From Escherichia coli (GTDB taxonomy: Bacteria; Pseudomonadota; Gammaproteobacteria; Enterobacterales; Enterobacteriaceae), in assembly GCA_029351405.1 (NCBI GenBank), contig GCA_029351405.1_4841.1: DNA of 64,000 bases. One strand, written 5' to 3'. The notes beneath the pieces are model-generated. The model was not told where the DNA came from, ran no database searches, and saw nothing but the letters and a program-made list of their open reading frames with translations. The stretch's first letter is position 1. The number at the start of each line of letters is the position of its first letter. The translations under genes were made by a program, and so were the position numbers. Shown piece by piece: positions 9,519 to 18,292 of the stretch.

Positions 9519-10573
9519 CGCACTTTCCTCAGTTCAGCGAATTGTAATGATGCGGCCATACCTTGGTAAACGTTCTTGGCGATCAGCTTCAGGAGGTCTT
9601 GTATGGACATGTTGCCCTTTGATGGCATGACCATGTCGTTGATATCCTTCCAAGGAACGTCTGGTGGGAACAGTACAACTTTGACACCTTTATCTATCAT
9701 CTTCTGAATACCGTCACACACCTGCGGGTTCCGGTACTGATTATCAGGGATATAAATGTCGCCCTTCACGCTCAGTAGATCAGCATCGGCCGATGCAAGA
9801 CAGTTGGGTAGGAACAGGCTGTCAATCGGACCTTCCACAACCAGCTTGGTCTTGTGAATGTTCACCCGGTCTTCACCATACACCTTAGTGTCTTCATCCT
9901 TGGGCTTGACTGTTGCGTAGCGCAGTGTCGCACTCTTGTCGAATGCACGCCCCTGAACGATCTTCATGCGACCATCCTGAGTCCAGAACGGAATCACCAG
10001 CCGCTCATCGTCGGGGATCTTCAGCTGCTTCTCAGGGTTCGTTTCGAACTGGAGTAGATCCTGGCGGAAGTGCTGTGTGTAATATAGGAGGGTCAAAGTG
10101 CTCTCCGGCAGTCCACGCCACTGTACGTACTGTCGAGCCTTATGGTCAGGCGGTAGCAGATCAAGCCGTAGCATATTGCCGAGGAGGCTCTCGTCGCGTT
10201 TCGCCGCCACTGAGCCAATACGGGCGGTCTGTGTCAGCTTTGGCAACGGCTTCAGGGAAGGAAGTGGTCTGCCCGACGTATCACCCAGCAGACGGAACTT
10301 CTCCATGTTGTACTCTGTTGAGAGGCGTTCGTCGAACTTCTTCAGCCAGAACTCAAATGACCAGCCATTCATCTGGTTGCAGTTGTGGCACTTGAACCGG
10401 AAGCAGTCATTATCTCGATCGAAGAAAAAATAACCGCGTCGCTTATTAGCACTTTTGAGAGAATCTCCACAAAGCGGGCATCTAAAATTTGCGACAGACC
10501 CAACGCGTTCCCACTTGAATTTATCGAGTCTGGGAGCAACGTAATTTATGAATTGTTCATCAAGAAATTTCAT
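9515..10573 (-). CDS. gp61: DNA primase, T4 gp61-like
   Basis: Zinc ribbon CPLCG...CHNC plus TOPRIM (VVEGPIDSLF); ATG at 10573 overlaps the upstream stop (TAATG). Confidence 0.85.
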   Translation of the reverse strand: MKFLDEQFINYVAPRLDKFKWERVGSVANFRCPLCGDSLKSANKRRGYFFFDRDNDCFRFKCHNCNQMNGWSFEFWLKKFDERLSTEYNMEKFRLLGDTSGRPLPSLKPLPKLTQTARIGSVAAKRDESLLGNMLRLDLLPPDHKARQYVQWRGLPESTLTLLYYTQHFRQDLLQFETNPEKQLKIPDDERLVIPFWTQDGRMKIVQGRAFDKSATLRYATVKPKDEDTKVYGEDRVNIHKTKLVVEGPIDSLFLPNCLASADADLLSVKGDIYIPDNQYRNPQVCDGIQKMIDKGVKVVLFPPDVPWKDINDMVMPSKGNMSIQDLLKLIAKNVYQGMAASLQFAELRKVR

Positions 10574-11184
10574 TAGATCTTCGGCCTCTGGAACACTTCG
10601 GTCACAGTATAGTCTACACCACGACTTTGAGCTATACACAGTTGTCGCCAAGCCCCATACAGGATATTCTGCTCCCCGGCAGTGTTGCGCTCAAAGTGGG
10701 CGAAGCCGTCGAGGAGTTTCATGTAGCTGCGCATAAGCTGGGTAACGGTTCTTCCTCTCTTGATCTGTTCATCAAGGTACTTCTGATAATGCTCTGGTGA
10801 TGACAATGAAGAGTACTTCATGTCTGGCACATGAACTGGCATCAGGGACTTGCGGGGTGTGAAGTAGAACAACCCCCACTTTGGTGGCAGGTCTTCAACC
10901 CTGATCACGTCCTGAGGGCAGACATAAAAGCGGTATGCGCCCATGCCCGTCGTCGGATCCATGCGATGAGGCTTCTTCTTGTCGGTAAGGAAATCAGAGC
11001 GAGACACCTTCACTTCCATCAGGATAGAGCAACCGCCGGAACGGAACCCGATGGCATCAGGTGATTCTTTGTTGTCAAACGAATTTGGCTCGATGAAGAC
11101 AGCGCCGCAGTTCATGCGACCGCGCAGGTAGTTGGCCGCGATTTCACATCCTTCGCGGTGTGACGGGATAAAGATTTTGCTCAT
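10573..11184 (-). CDS. PD-(D/E)xK nuclease-like protein
   Basis: 203 aa; PDAIGF...ILMEVK motif; SD AAGGAAAGGA. Confidence 0.55.
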   Translation of the reverse strand: MSKIFIPSHREGCEIAANYLRGRMNCGAVFIEPNSFDNKESPDAIGFRSGGCSILMEVKVSRSDFLTDKKKPHRMDPTTGMGAYRFYVCPQDVIRVEDLPPKWGLFYFTPRKSLMPVHVPDMKYSSLSSPEHYQKYLDEQIKRGRTVTQLMRSYMKLLDGFAHFERNTAGEQNILYGAWRQLCIAQSRGVDYTVTEVFQRPKI

Positions 11185-11241
11185 TGTCCTTTCCTTTTGG
11201 TGAATAATGAGCAAAATTATATGCCTTTATTTCGTATTGAC

Positions 11242-11595
11242 TTACGACAGCTGCTTCAGTTTGTAGATCGTCTGATAGCACAGTGTCTTGATTTCATCAA
11301 GCGTGTTCTGAAGGTGGGAGTCACACTGCTTGTAGATGCCATCGACGTCTATCACCACACTGTTAATATAGGAGATAGGGTCTGGGTTGTAGAGCTTGAT
11401 GTTCTCGAATGATGGAACATACTGACCACCCGCACCGATGTATGCTTCGGTAAACGTGTCCAGCAAGCCCTCCAGTTCCCCGTAGAACTCCCCGAGTGCC
11501 TTGTGCTTGGCATAGGATGTTGTAACGAAGTGCAAGGCATGAGAGTGGGCTATAGCAAGCAGTCCACGGTTGATGAAAATACTCGCATTGACCAT
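11242..11595 (-). CDS. hypothetical protein
   Basis: 117 aa; SD GAGGA. Confidence 0.6.
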   Translation of the reverse strand: MVNASIFINRGLLAIAHSHALHFVTTSYAKHKALGEFYGELEGLLDTFTEAYIGAGGQYVPSFENIKLYNPDPISYINSVVIDVDGIYKQCDSHLQNTLDEIKTLCYQTIYKLKQLS

Positions 11596-11617
11596 GATGT
11601 TGTCCTCAGAAAAAGAA

Positions 11618-11639
11618 ATCCCCCTGTATTTAGGGGGAT
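11618..11639 (-). terminator. stem-loop with U-tract carrying a CTAAATA box in its loop
   Basis: 7-bp stem (tcccccT / Aggggga) followed by UUUCUUUUUCU on the minus strand. Confidence 0.45.
11627..11633 (-). promoter_or_regulatory. candidate late promoter box CTAAATA
   Basis: 32 nt upstream of the 11595 start; same heptamer precedes gp18, gp19 and gp22. Confidence 0.4.
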
Positions 11640-11688
11640 CCAGTTACAGACCAAGTTCTTTCGTCGTGGCGTCGTCTAGTGCAACCTC

Positions 11689-12258
11689 CTAGACAGGCTT
11701 AACACCGAGGAACTTGGCAATGTCAGCAGCCAGGTTTTTACCCTTGCTGATATCATGCTCCTTGCCGTTGCAGGTGACGATCACATACGGGTCATCTTCA
11801 CCACCGAAGTTCACGGTGATCGCCTTGCCGATGCCAGGGATGCCAGAGTATTCGAACTCAGTACGACCACTCTTGCGAGACTTGCCAGCACCCAGTGCTT
11901 TACCGATCATCTTGTCCATGTTCGCCAGTTCCTGAGCATAGGATTCGGTCACCTGGCCTTTGTCGGCAGACTTGCCAAAGAAGAATTCGAAGCCGTCATG
12001 GACAGCAACGACTTCCTGACCTTGGGAAATACCGTGAGTCTGATCCGGAGTCAGCTTCACCTTGATGGTGTTGCCGTTGGTTAACTCCAGGTTGTAGACA
12101 TCCGCCTGATTGTCAGGAGTGATCTGGGTCACGGTAGCGCCGGAACACCACTGGGTGCCGTCAGCTTGCTTGGTGATGGATACGGTCTTACCCTGGACAC
12201 CAGCATGGGTCTGAGGTTTAGCGGCTTGTTCTTTAAAATATTCGATAAACGGTTTCAT
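11689..12258 (-). CDS. hypothetical late protein
   Basis: 189 aa; SD GAGGAG; perfect TATAAATA 24 nt upstream. Confidence 0.65.
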   Translation of the reverse strand: MKPFIEYFKEQAAKPQTHAGVQGKTVSITKQADGTQWCSGATVTQITPDNQADVYNLELTNGNTIKVKLTPDQTHGISQGQEVVAVHDGFEFFFGKSADKGQVTESYAQELANMDKMIGKALGAGKSRKSGRTEFEYSGIPGIGKAITVNFGGEDDPYVIVTCNGKEHDISKGKNLAADIAKFLGVKPV

Positions 12259-12282
12259 CTTAATCTCCTCGGGGATTTCAGT

Positions 12283-12290
12283 TATTTATA
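12283..12290 (-). promoter_or_regulatory. T4-type late promoter TATAAATA
   Basis: Exact octamer on the minus strand upstream of the 12258 start. Confidence 0.5.
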
Positions 12291-12306
12291 AGCCCCCGAA
12301 GGGGCT
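12291..12306 (-). terminator. stem-loop (gcccc-cgaa-ggggc) after the large-protein gene
   Basis: Hairpin directly after the 12315 stop and abutting the late promoter box; weak U-tract. Confidence 0.35.
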
Positions 12307-12314
12307 TTCGATGA

Positions 12315-15300
12315 TCAGATCTTAATCTGCATGTTGCCACCCAGGGACTGCTCGTACTCGCTGTATGCGCCTTCCCCGTAGTCTCGTGCCCACTGGTCAG
12401 ACTGCTGGGCGCTATCCAGAGTCATCAGGTTTGGTTCAGTCGGGTTGTAACCCTTGGACTTCGCATCCCGGTACAGAGTCTGCAGGTACTGGTTGGCGCG
12501 GTCAATCTGAGCTTTGAACTCGCGATATGCCCCTTCAGTTGTGTTGCGGCGGAAGGTGATATCCCAGTCCACGTTCAGAGTCTGGCCATCACGGCTTGCA
12601 TAGATCTGCCAATCCAGGTCGCGACCTTTTGGTGCGTTGTCGCGGATGGAGTCGGCGTATGCCGCAAGGTCGACACCAGTCTTCTTCGCAGTACTCGACT
12701 CTTTCTCCAGTCTCTCGGTTTCTTTGGACAGGATACCCAACATAAATTCATTAGTGCGGCGATCCGCCATGTCGTACCCGCGCCAAAGGACTGAACCGTT
12801 GTTGTCAACAGAAATGTCGTCCAAAAATACTTGTTTCGGATTATGCGACGTGCTTTTCAGAGTTTGCATATTCCGAGATATCATTTCCATATTAGAAGAA
12901 ATTTCATCGATCAATGCCTGAACAATGTCTTTCTTCAAAGGAAGTTCATATGTCTTCGGATTGTTCAGCAGCCGCCCTTTCTGGGAGATCATCGGTGTGA
13001 ACGCGACTTTTCCTTTGTCGTAGTAATAGGTCACATTCGTGGTCAATACAGCACCATCATACTTCCCAGTTTTCGGGAAATTGACGCCAGACCAAGTGAT
13101 GGACATACCGTTGACAGTCTCACCAAACACCATGGCGTTGCTTGGCATCTTCAGGGTTCCAGAGTTGACCAGATCAGCGCCTTGGGCATTCAGGTCGATA
13201 GAACCATAGATGGCCCCGGTAATACGATCTTTCAGCATCAGGGTCTTGTCGCCCTTCTCTGGGATGATTTCCAGCGGGTGCTTGCCACGCGGAGGCTCTT
13301 TGATGAGTTCCAGCAGAGCAGTGTTCCCAGGCTTCACACGATTCAGGACAGCGTCGGACACTGTCAGAGTCCAGTTTGCGGTTTCCACATAACCCCAGCC
13401 CCGAGAACGGCGAATGGCTTTGATAGGATATGGAGCGCTTGTTGGAACTGCGCTAATTTCCCATTTGCCAGTGTACTGGGTCTTGGCAACCTCAAAGATG
13501 GACGCAATTACCGCATTGGCGACGTCACGGGCGCTACCTTTGGCCACGCTCTCCTCTTCAGCAATTTCGCTGAAAACTGAGTATTGAACGAAACCAGCGA
13601 GGACGTTTGTGAAGTTGACAACGATAACCAACCCGCCTGCCGTCGTGTAACGACCAGCGCCCACGCGACGGATGTTTTCACCAGGAAGAATAGAAGTGTC
13701 CAGCCCAACGTTGGTATCAATGATACCCAGAACACGAGCGATGAAACCGCTGTCACGTAATTGATCAACACTGGTTGCACCCTCGGTCGAATCCGATGCG
13801 GATTTAGACACTTTGTTCAACTTGATAGAGACAAGAGTTTCCCCGTTGACACCGATGATATCCCATTCAGTACCCTGCTCGTTCGAGATGCGGGCAATCT
13901 TGCGCTTTGAATTGATGGCACCTTCGTAACGCCCGTTTTTGACCACAACAGAGGCAGTAGCAGCATCAGTAGCACTTGCTGCATTTGAAAAGTCTGGGTC
14001 AGAAATACTGATGTCGACGTCACCGTTTTGAGAACGCATGCGAACACCGTTTTTGAATCGTTCCACGTTTACTTCTCGAGCACCAAGTCGTTTGGCATCA
14101 ATAACAGCAGTTCCAGAACCGATAATGTTGGCTGGGTTATTTCTGTCTGAACTGTTTTGAGAACCTTTCCAAAATTTTGTGGACGCTGTGGTGAAATCAT
14201 TCAGGATACTGATAGGGACTTGTGGTAATTTCAACTGACGAGCAATGAAATCAGCACTTTGCCCACGCACAGGTTTCTCATTCATGTATGCGCCAACATA
14301 CACGCCCGGCTCATTGTAGTGGGGAGCGATATTTGCCGTGACTAAGCGACCTTTTTCTTTCCCCGCCCACACTAACATTGGTTGAGTGGCATCGGCTTTT
14401 GTGAGTTTCCAACCGTTGTCATTGCTGGTGTCATTGCTGGTGTCATTGCTGGTGTCAACGTCCACCACCAGAATTATCTGAGCACCTTTCTTGAAAGTGT
14501 ACTGATCGTACATGCCTTTCTTCTGTTTGGTCATGGACGCACCGACCAAGTCTTGGTTGGTGAAGCCGCGCTTCATATTCCAAGATACCTCAGTCCCGTC
14601 TGGATATTTGTCAAAATCATAACCATAGAATGCGGCTACTTCTTTCGAACCGCTTATCAGGCGGACGTAGTTTCCACGAATCGGGTCTCGCCCGCTCTTC
14701 AACTCCAGACCAGTGTCCGAGCTGTTGTACCACTCGCGGTTGACTTCGATTTCAGAAGAACCAGCCCCAACTCCCACATCCGAAGTATTATTCTGAACCG
14801 GAACGTCGCCGACCTTGTCTGGATCATCCCAGGTGATACCCTGCATCTTCGGACCGTCGAATACCTGAGCCGGATCTTTACCCTTGCGGACCAGCCACAC
14901 ATAACCACGGTCAGGGACAGGCGCGTAGGTCAGGTCCATGACATTCAGTTTCTGTTTCAGACCGGACTGGCGGATAATCTTAGGAATCAGGGTCATACCG
15001 CGATCCAGTGCTTTCTTGGAGAAGTTGACAGCAAAGCCATCGATGGTCTTGCCCAGAGGAGTCGCCATGAATTGTTTGGTCGCTTCGATCATGCTGGCAA
15101 TAACGCGCATTGGGTTCTTGAAGCGAGCGATGGCGTCAGGATAGACGGAGCCGCGCTTCTGGCCGATGAAAACCTGACGAACGCTCTTGCCCAGCCCCTG
15201 AGGGGTATAGAACTGAATACGGTATTCCTTTTCATCTTCGTCGACGAAGGTGAAGAACACATCGCCTGCGTTCTTCTTACCCATGGTCAGCTCATACGGA

Positions 15301-15368
15301 GCGGAGTTGAACGCTTCGTCCAACTGATCTCTTTCCTGCATGAACTGGAGGAAACTTAGCTTTGACAT
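12315..15368 (-). CDS. large hypothetical protein (1017 aa)
   Basis: Long ORF; SD AGGAGA; contains a DTSN x3 tandem repeat. Confidence 0.75.
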   Translation of the reverse strand: MSKLSFLQFMQERDQLDEAFNSAPYELTMGKKNAGDVFFTFVDEDEKEYRIQFYTPQGLGKSVRQVFIGQKRGSVYPDAIARFKNPMRVIASMIEATKQFMATPLGKTIDGFAVNFSKKALDRGMTLIPKIIRQSGLKQKLNVMDLTYAPVPDRGYVWLVRKGKDPAQVFDGPKMQGITWDDPDKVGDVPVQNNTSDVGVGAGSSEIEVNREWYNSSDTGLELKSGRDPIRGNYVRLISGSKEVAAFYGYDFDKYPDGTEVSWNMKRGFTNQDLVGASMTKQKKGMYDQYTFKKGAQIILVVDVDTSNDTSNDTSNDNGWKLTKADATQPMLVWAGKEKGRLVTANIAPHYNEPGVYVGAYMNEKPVRGQSADFIARQLKLPQVPISILNDFTTASTKFWKGSQNSSDRNNPANIIGSGTAVIDAKRLGAREVNVERFKNGVRMRSQNGDVDISISDPDFSNAASATDAATASVVVKNGRYEGAINSKRKIARISNEQGTEWDIIGVNGETLVSIKLNKVSKSASDSTEGATSVDQLRDSGFIARVLGIIDTNVGLDTSILPGENIRRVGAGRYTTAGGLVIVVNFTNVLAGFVQYSVFSEIAEEESVAKGSARDVANAVIASIFEVAKTQYTGKWEISAVPTSAPYPIKAIRRSRGWGYVETANWTLTVSDAVLNRVKPGNTALLELIKEPPRGKHPLEIIPEKGDKTLMLKDRITGAIYGSIDLNAQGADLVNSGTLKMPSNAMVFGETVNGMSITWSGVNFPKTGKYDGAVLTTNVTYYYDKGKVAFTPMISQKGRLLNNPKTYELPLKKDIVQALIDEISSNMEMISRNMQTLKSTSHNPKQVFLDDISVDNNGSVLWRGYDMADRRTNEFMLGILSKETERLEKESSTAKKTGVDLAAYADSIRDNAPKGRDLDWQIYASRDGQTLNVDWDITFRRNTTEGAYREFKAQIDRANQYLQTLYRDAKSKGYNPTEPNLMTLDSAQQSDQWARDYGEGAYSEYEQSLGGNMQIKI
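14417..14456 (-). repeat. 12-bp tandem repeat (gtcattgctggt) x3.3 inside the 1017-aa gene
   Basis: Three perfect units plus a partial; encodes DTSNDTSNDTSN. Confidence 0.8.
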
Positions 15369-15443
15369 TTTATATCTCCTGATTGAATTAACGGCGATTT
15401 CTTCTAATTAGCGAAACCAAAAGGGAGCGTCAGCCCCCTTATC

Positions 15444-15779
15444 TTATTTTTGAACTTGGGCTACAGACATCGCCCAGAGCGGGAGGGTGTGGGGGTCCAG
15501 GGCTTCCAGTAGATATTCGACGCGCTCTGACATGATACCTTCAGGGAAGTTTACTTCTTCTGGTTCGTTGTTGGCCGTCCAACCCAAGGTCAGTCCTTCA
15601 GCGTGATGGATGATATAAACGAAGTCGCCCGATTCGTAGTCCTTTTCCATCAGGTCGAAGAACGCTTCCATTTCTTCGTCGGAGAAGTAGTAGATGCGAG
15701 GTACGGAGCCGTCAGCAAAGTGTTCAGCACCCTGGAAGGCAAACATGTCATCGGCGGTGAAGTTCTTGAGTTGTGTCAT
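15444..15779 (-). CDS. hypothetical early protein
   Basis: 111 aa; conserved leader GAAGGAACTATATC-ATG. Confidence 0.6.
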   Translation of the reverse strand: MTQLKNFTADDMFAFQGAEHFADGSVPRIYYFSDEEMEAFFDLMEKDYESGDFVYIIHHAEGLTLGWTANNEPEEVNFPEGIMSERVEYLLEALDPHTLPLWAMSVAQVQK

Positions 15780-15801
15780 GATATAGTTCCTTCGGTTCAA
15801 A

Positions 15802-16077
15802 TTAACGGCGGAAAGGGCGGTTTGCGTTTTCGCGGTTAGACCAATTCTTTTCAGCCCGAGCGATAGCCGCTGGACTCCATTCGCGCTCCCACTCTTTGTC
15901 TACTTCAGCCTGGTTGGCAGGCTCTACCATTTCAACGCCAGGGAAGTCGCATGACATGATTTCGCGCAGCTGGGCAGCTGGGGCGGTCTGGGCGTGGATC
16001 AATTCTTCGCCGTCGTAAACCTTGGCCATCAGGTATTTCTGACCGTGGCGGATATATGCGTCGAGGATAATTTTCAT
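15802..16077 (-). CDS. hypothetical early protein
   Basis: 91 aa; conserved leader TTGAAAAGCAGGAACTACACC-ATG; PeSL promoter upstream. Confidence 0.6.
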   Translation of the reverse strand: MKIILDAYIRHGQKYLMAKVYDGEELIHAQTAPAAQLREIMSCDFPGVEMVEPANQAEVDKEWEREWSPAAIARAEKNWSNRENANRPFRR

Positions 16078-16125
16078 GGTGTAGTTCCTGCTTTTCAAGT
16101 TGGTGTTGTACTGCTTATGGAATGA

Positions 16126-16154
16126 AGTATAGGGAAGGATATTGAAGAAGTAAA
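16126..16154 (-). promoter_or_regulatory. early sigma70-like promoter (TTTACT-17-TATACT), PeSL-type cassette
   Basis: Hexamers with 17-nt spacer; near-identical to the cassettes at 2874 and 50399. Confidence 0.5.
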
Positions 16155-16171
16155 GGGGCGAAAGCCCCTTT
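16152..16171 (-). terminator. stem-loop with GAAA tetraloop abutting the early promoter
   Basis: aaaggggc-gaaa-gccccttt; T-rich on both sides. Confidence 0.45.
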
Positions 16172-16192
16172 TATTGAATTATTTTTACGGCG

Positions 16193-16822
16193 TCAGCTCA
16201 CAACCGGAATGTGGGATCGAATACCTGCGATGATGTCCTTCAGCTGAGGCTTCCATCCACCCACCAAACGGGGTAGAGCGATAGCACCAGGCTGGACCAA
16301 AATGATGTCGCTGCCTGTGATATTGTGCTGAGGGAACTGGGCGAGGTACTGCTCCATTGTGACACCCTCATCAATCAGAACCGCACCGACGTCAGACGAT
16401 GCGTAGGTTGCACCCAGACCGTCAACGCCCCATGCCAAGATGCCCCAGTCAGGGATGTTGGCTTCAGATGTGATGGTGAATCCAAACACGGTGTTCAGCG
16501 ATGTAAAGGAGTAGACATCGTGGGTGAGGTCATGCACCAGATACCCCTTGGCCAGCATATCGGCAAAGATCGCGTCTGTATCGCCAGCAGCCGGAGTCGG
16601 CACAGTAAACAACAGCTCACCCTCAGGAGGAGCAGGGTATGTTCTGAGGGCATAGAGGCACCATGCGTCAATACACTTCTTGATAAATGCCTCTGGTGCG
16701 ACATAATCGGCAAGGCGAACCGTGCCTGAGTACTCGGATACGATGATGCCTTCCTTCGCGCCCTGTAGAGCGATGAAGACCAAGATATGTTCATATCCGG
16801 TCTGAGATGGAGTGATGTTCAT
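16193..16822 (-). CDS. hypothetical protein
   Basis: 209 aa; ATG overlaps the upstream stop (TAATG). Confidence 0.6.
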   Translation of the reverse strand: MNITPSQTGYEHILVFIALQGAKEGIIVSEYSGTVRLADYVAPEAFIKKCIDAWCLYALRTYPAPPEGELLFTVPTPAAGDTDAIFADMLAKGYLVHDLTHDVYSFTSLNTVFGFTITSEANIPDWGILAWGVDGLGATYASSDVGAVLIDEGVTMEQYLAQFPQHNITGSDIILVQPGAIALPRLVGGWKPQLKDIIAGIRSHIPVVS

Positions 16823-17436
16823 TATCTTGTCCTCTTCAGTTTCTCTATCGTGTGCTTGTTCATGGCGATCACCCGAGGATCTACCTCGGAGATGGTCCGG
16901 CCTTTGAAGGACACACATTTCTGAAGATATTTAGCTTTCTTCACGACGTCAGCGGCATAAGCGTTCGATGCAGGATTACGGGCAAAGCCAGCATTGTAAG
17001 AGGAGAGGGATTTGCGGATATTCTGATTGTGATAGGTCAGCCAGAACTGCATCTCATCGAGGGCGGCTTGCGCGGCATATTCTTGGTCGGTCAGCAACTT
17101 TATGGCGACATTGGCATAGCACTTGCGATTCTTACAACCTTCGCGATCACCAACTGTCTTCACCTTGTTCTGAAAGGCTCCCATGTTGGCCGCCTTGAGG
17201 CCGTATCGCATTGACACTACATCTTCGCCAGCGCGGCTCTCACGCCAAGATATGGCGGCCAGAGTGTAGCCAAGATCTTGTGTCTTGCCCACGTGATAGG
17301 CGGTTGCCATCGTATTAAGTTGTTGCTCGGAGAAATTATAAACACATTGGCTTGTATTTTGGGAAGCGTGCACATTCCCGCTGGCAATGGTAAAGGTCAC
17401 GGACAAGGCCATGGCCTTCAACGTTGTCATCGTCAT
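16822..17436 (-). CDS. secreted protein with signal peptide, possibly lytic-transglycosylase-like
   Basis: N-terminal signal peptide (MTMTTLKAMALSVTFTIASGNVHA); WRESRAGED resembles the SLT catalytic region; SD AAGGAA. Confidence 0.55.
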   Translation of the reverse strand: MTMTTLKAMALSVTFTIASGNVHASQNTSQCVYNFSEQQLNTMATAYHVGKTQDLGYTLAAISWRESRAGEDVVSMRYGLKAANMGAFQNKVKTVGDREGCKNRKCYANVAIKLLTDQEYAAQAALDEMQFWLTYHNQNIRKSLSSYNAGFARNPASNAYAADVVKKAKYLQKCVSFKGRTISEVDPRVIAMNKHTIEKLKRTR

Positions 17437-17503
17437 GATGGCGTTCCTTATGTTTTGTCGACTTGCAGCTCGCTTGAGCCTCCTGACAGGGGGTTAAAAG
17501 ATA

Positions 17504-17529
17504 AAGGGCACGTGATATTTAGTGCCCTT
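17504..17529 (-). terminator. rho-independent terminator
   Basis: 8-bp stem (aagggcac / gtgccctt) followed by UUUAUCUUUU on the minus strand. Confidence 0.5.
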
Positions 17530-17534
17530 CAGCC

Positions 17535-17819
17535 TCATTCGTAGATGAGGTGGTAGGATTCCTCGATACACTCCAGCCAGCCGTAGACGAACTGTAGAGG
17601 GTCATCCCATGCCGTCTTGGTCGCGACGGTAAAGTTGCCGTCCAGGATCTGCATATCTTGGTACTTGTTGAAAGCGAGTACAGCATCAACCACAATCAGA
17701 CCGCCCTGCTCAAGATAACGATTCGGAGTGACGGTCACTTGGTAATGAGGATTCCTGCGATTCCATATCTCCACAGCAATGTCACAGGATTCCTGAATTT
17801 CATCTTTGTTTTCTGACAT
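17535..17819 (-). CDS. hypothetical protein
   Basis: 94-aa ORF with ATG start. Confidence 0.55.
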   Translation of the reverse strand: MSENKDEIQESCDIAVEIWNRRNPHYQVTVTPNRYLEQGGLIVVDAVLAFNKYQDMQILDGNFTVATKTAWDDPLQFVYGWLECIEESYHLIYE

Positions 17820-18129
17820 ACGTTTGTCTCAGATGTTCGGTAAAGGATTTACCCAGCTTGCGGAATAGTTTAATACGACCAATGACTTTGACGTAAACAT
17901 CTCCGTGGCAGGGGCGCGGCTTACACCAGCACCCCAATACCTTCCCGTCAAGATCAAGGAGTTCATCCTCAGTGATATCCCCTTCAATCAGGCGCACATA
18001 CAGGTCGTCCTCAAACAGTTCGATACAGACGCCTCGTCCATGGTCTTTGACCTCAAACGGGTTTCCCCATTTACCAGGCCGACCAATGTAGACGTCATAT
18101 GGCTCCTTCTTGAAGTGGACGACTTTCAT
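17800..18129 (-). CDS. DUF4326-like protein
   Basis: 109 aa; GNPF and C-terminal HGD motifs; ATG overlaps the upstream stop. Confidence 0.6.
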   Translation of the reverse strand: MKVVHFKKEPYDVYIGRPGKWGNPFEVKDHGRGVCIELFEDDLYVRLIEGDITEDELLDLDGKVLGCWCKPRPCHGDVYVKVIGRIKLFRKLGKSFTEHLRQTYVRKQR

Positions 18130-18290
18130 TTCAGGATTTGACCTGCAAGTAGATAACAGAACCAGACAGAGAACCCGAGATACCCCAGTGCTTTCAGGTA
18201 GTTTTTCCTTTCGACTTCACGAGAAAACGCAACGATGTCAATGATGCATGCAAAGACCAGGATTGCGAGTTTAATTTGTTCGTAGTTCAT
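18126..18290 (-). CDS. small membrane protein (54 aa), not in the ORF track
   Basis: ATG 2 nt after the gp46 stop; SD AAGGAT; two hydrophobic segments; stop overlaps the next ATG. Confidence 0.4.
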   Translation of the reverse strand: MNYEQIKLAILVFACIIDIVAFSREVERKNYLKALGYLGFSVWFCYLLAGQILK

Positions 18291-18292
18291 GA

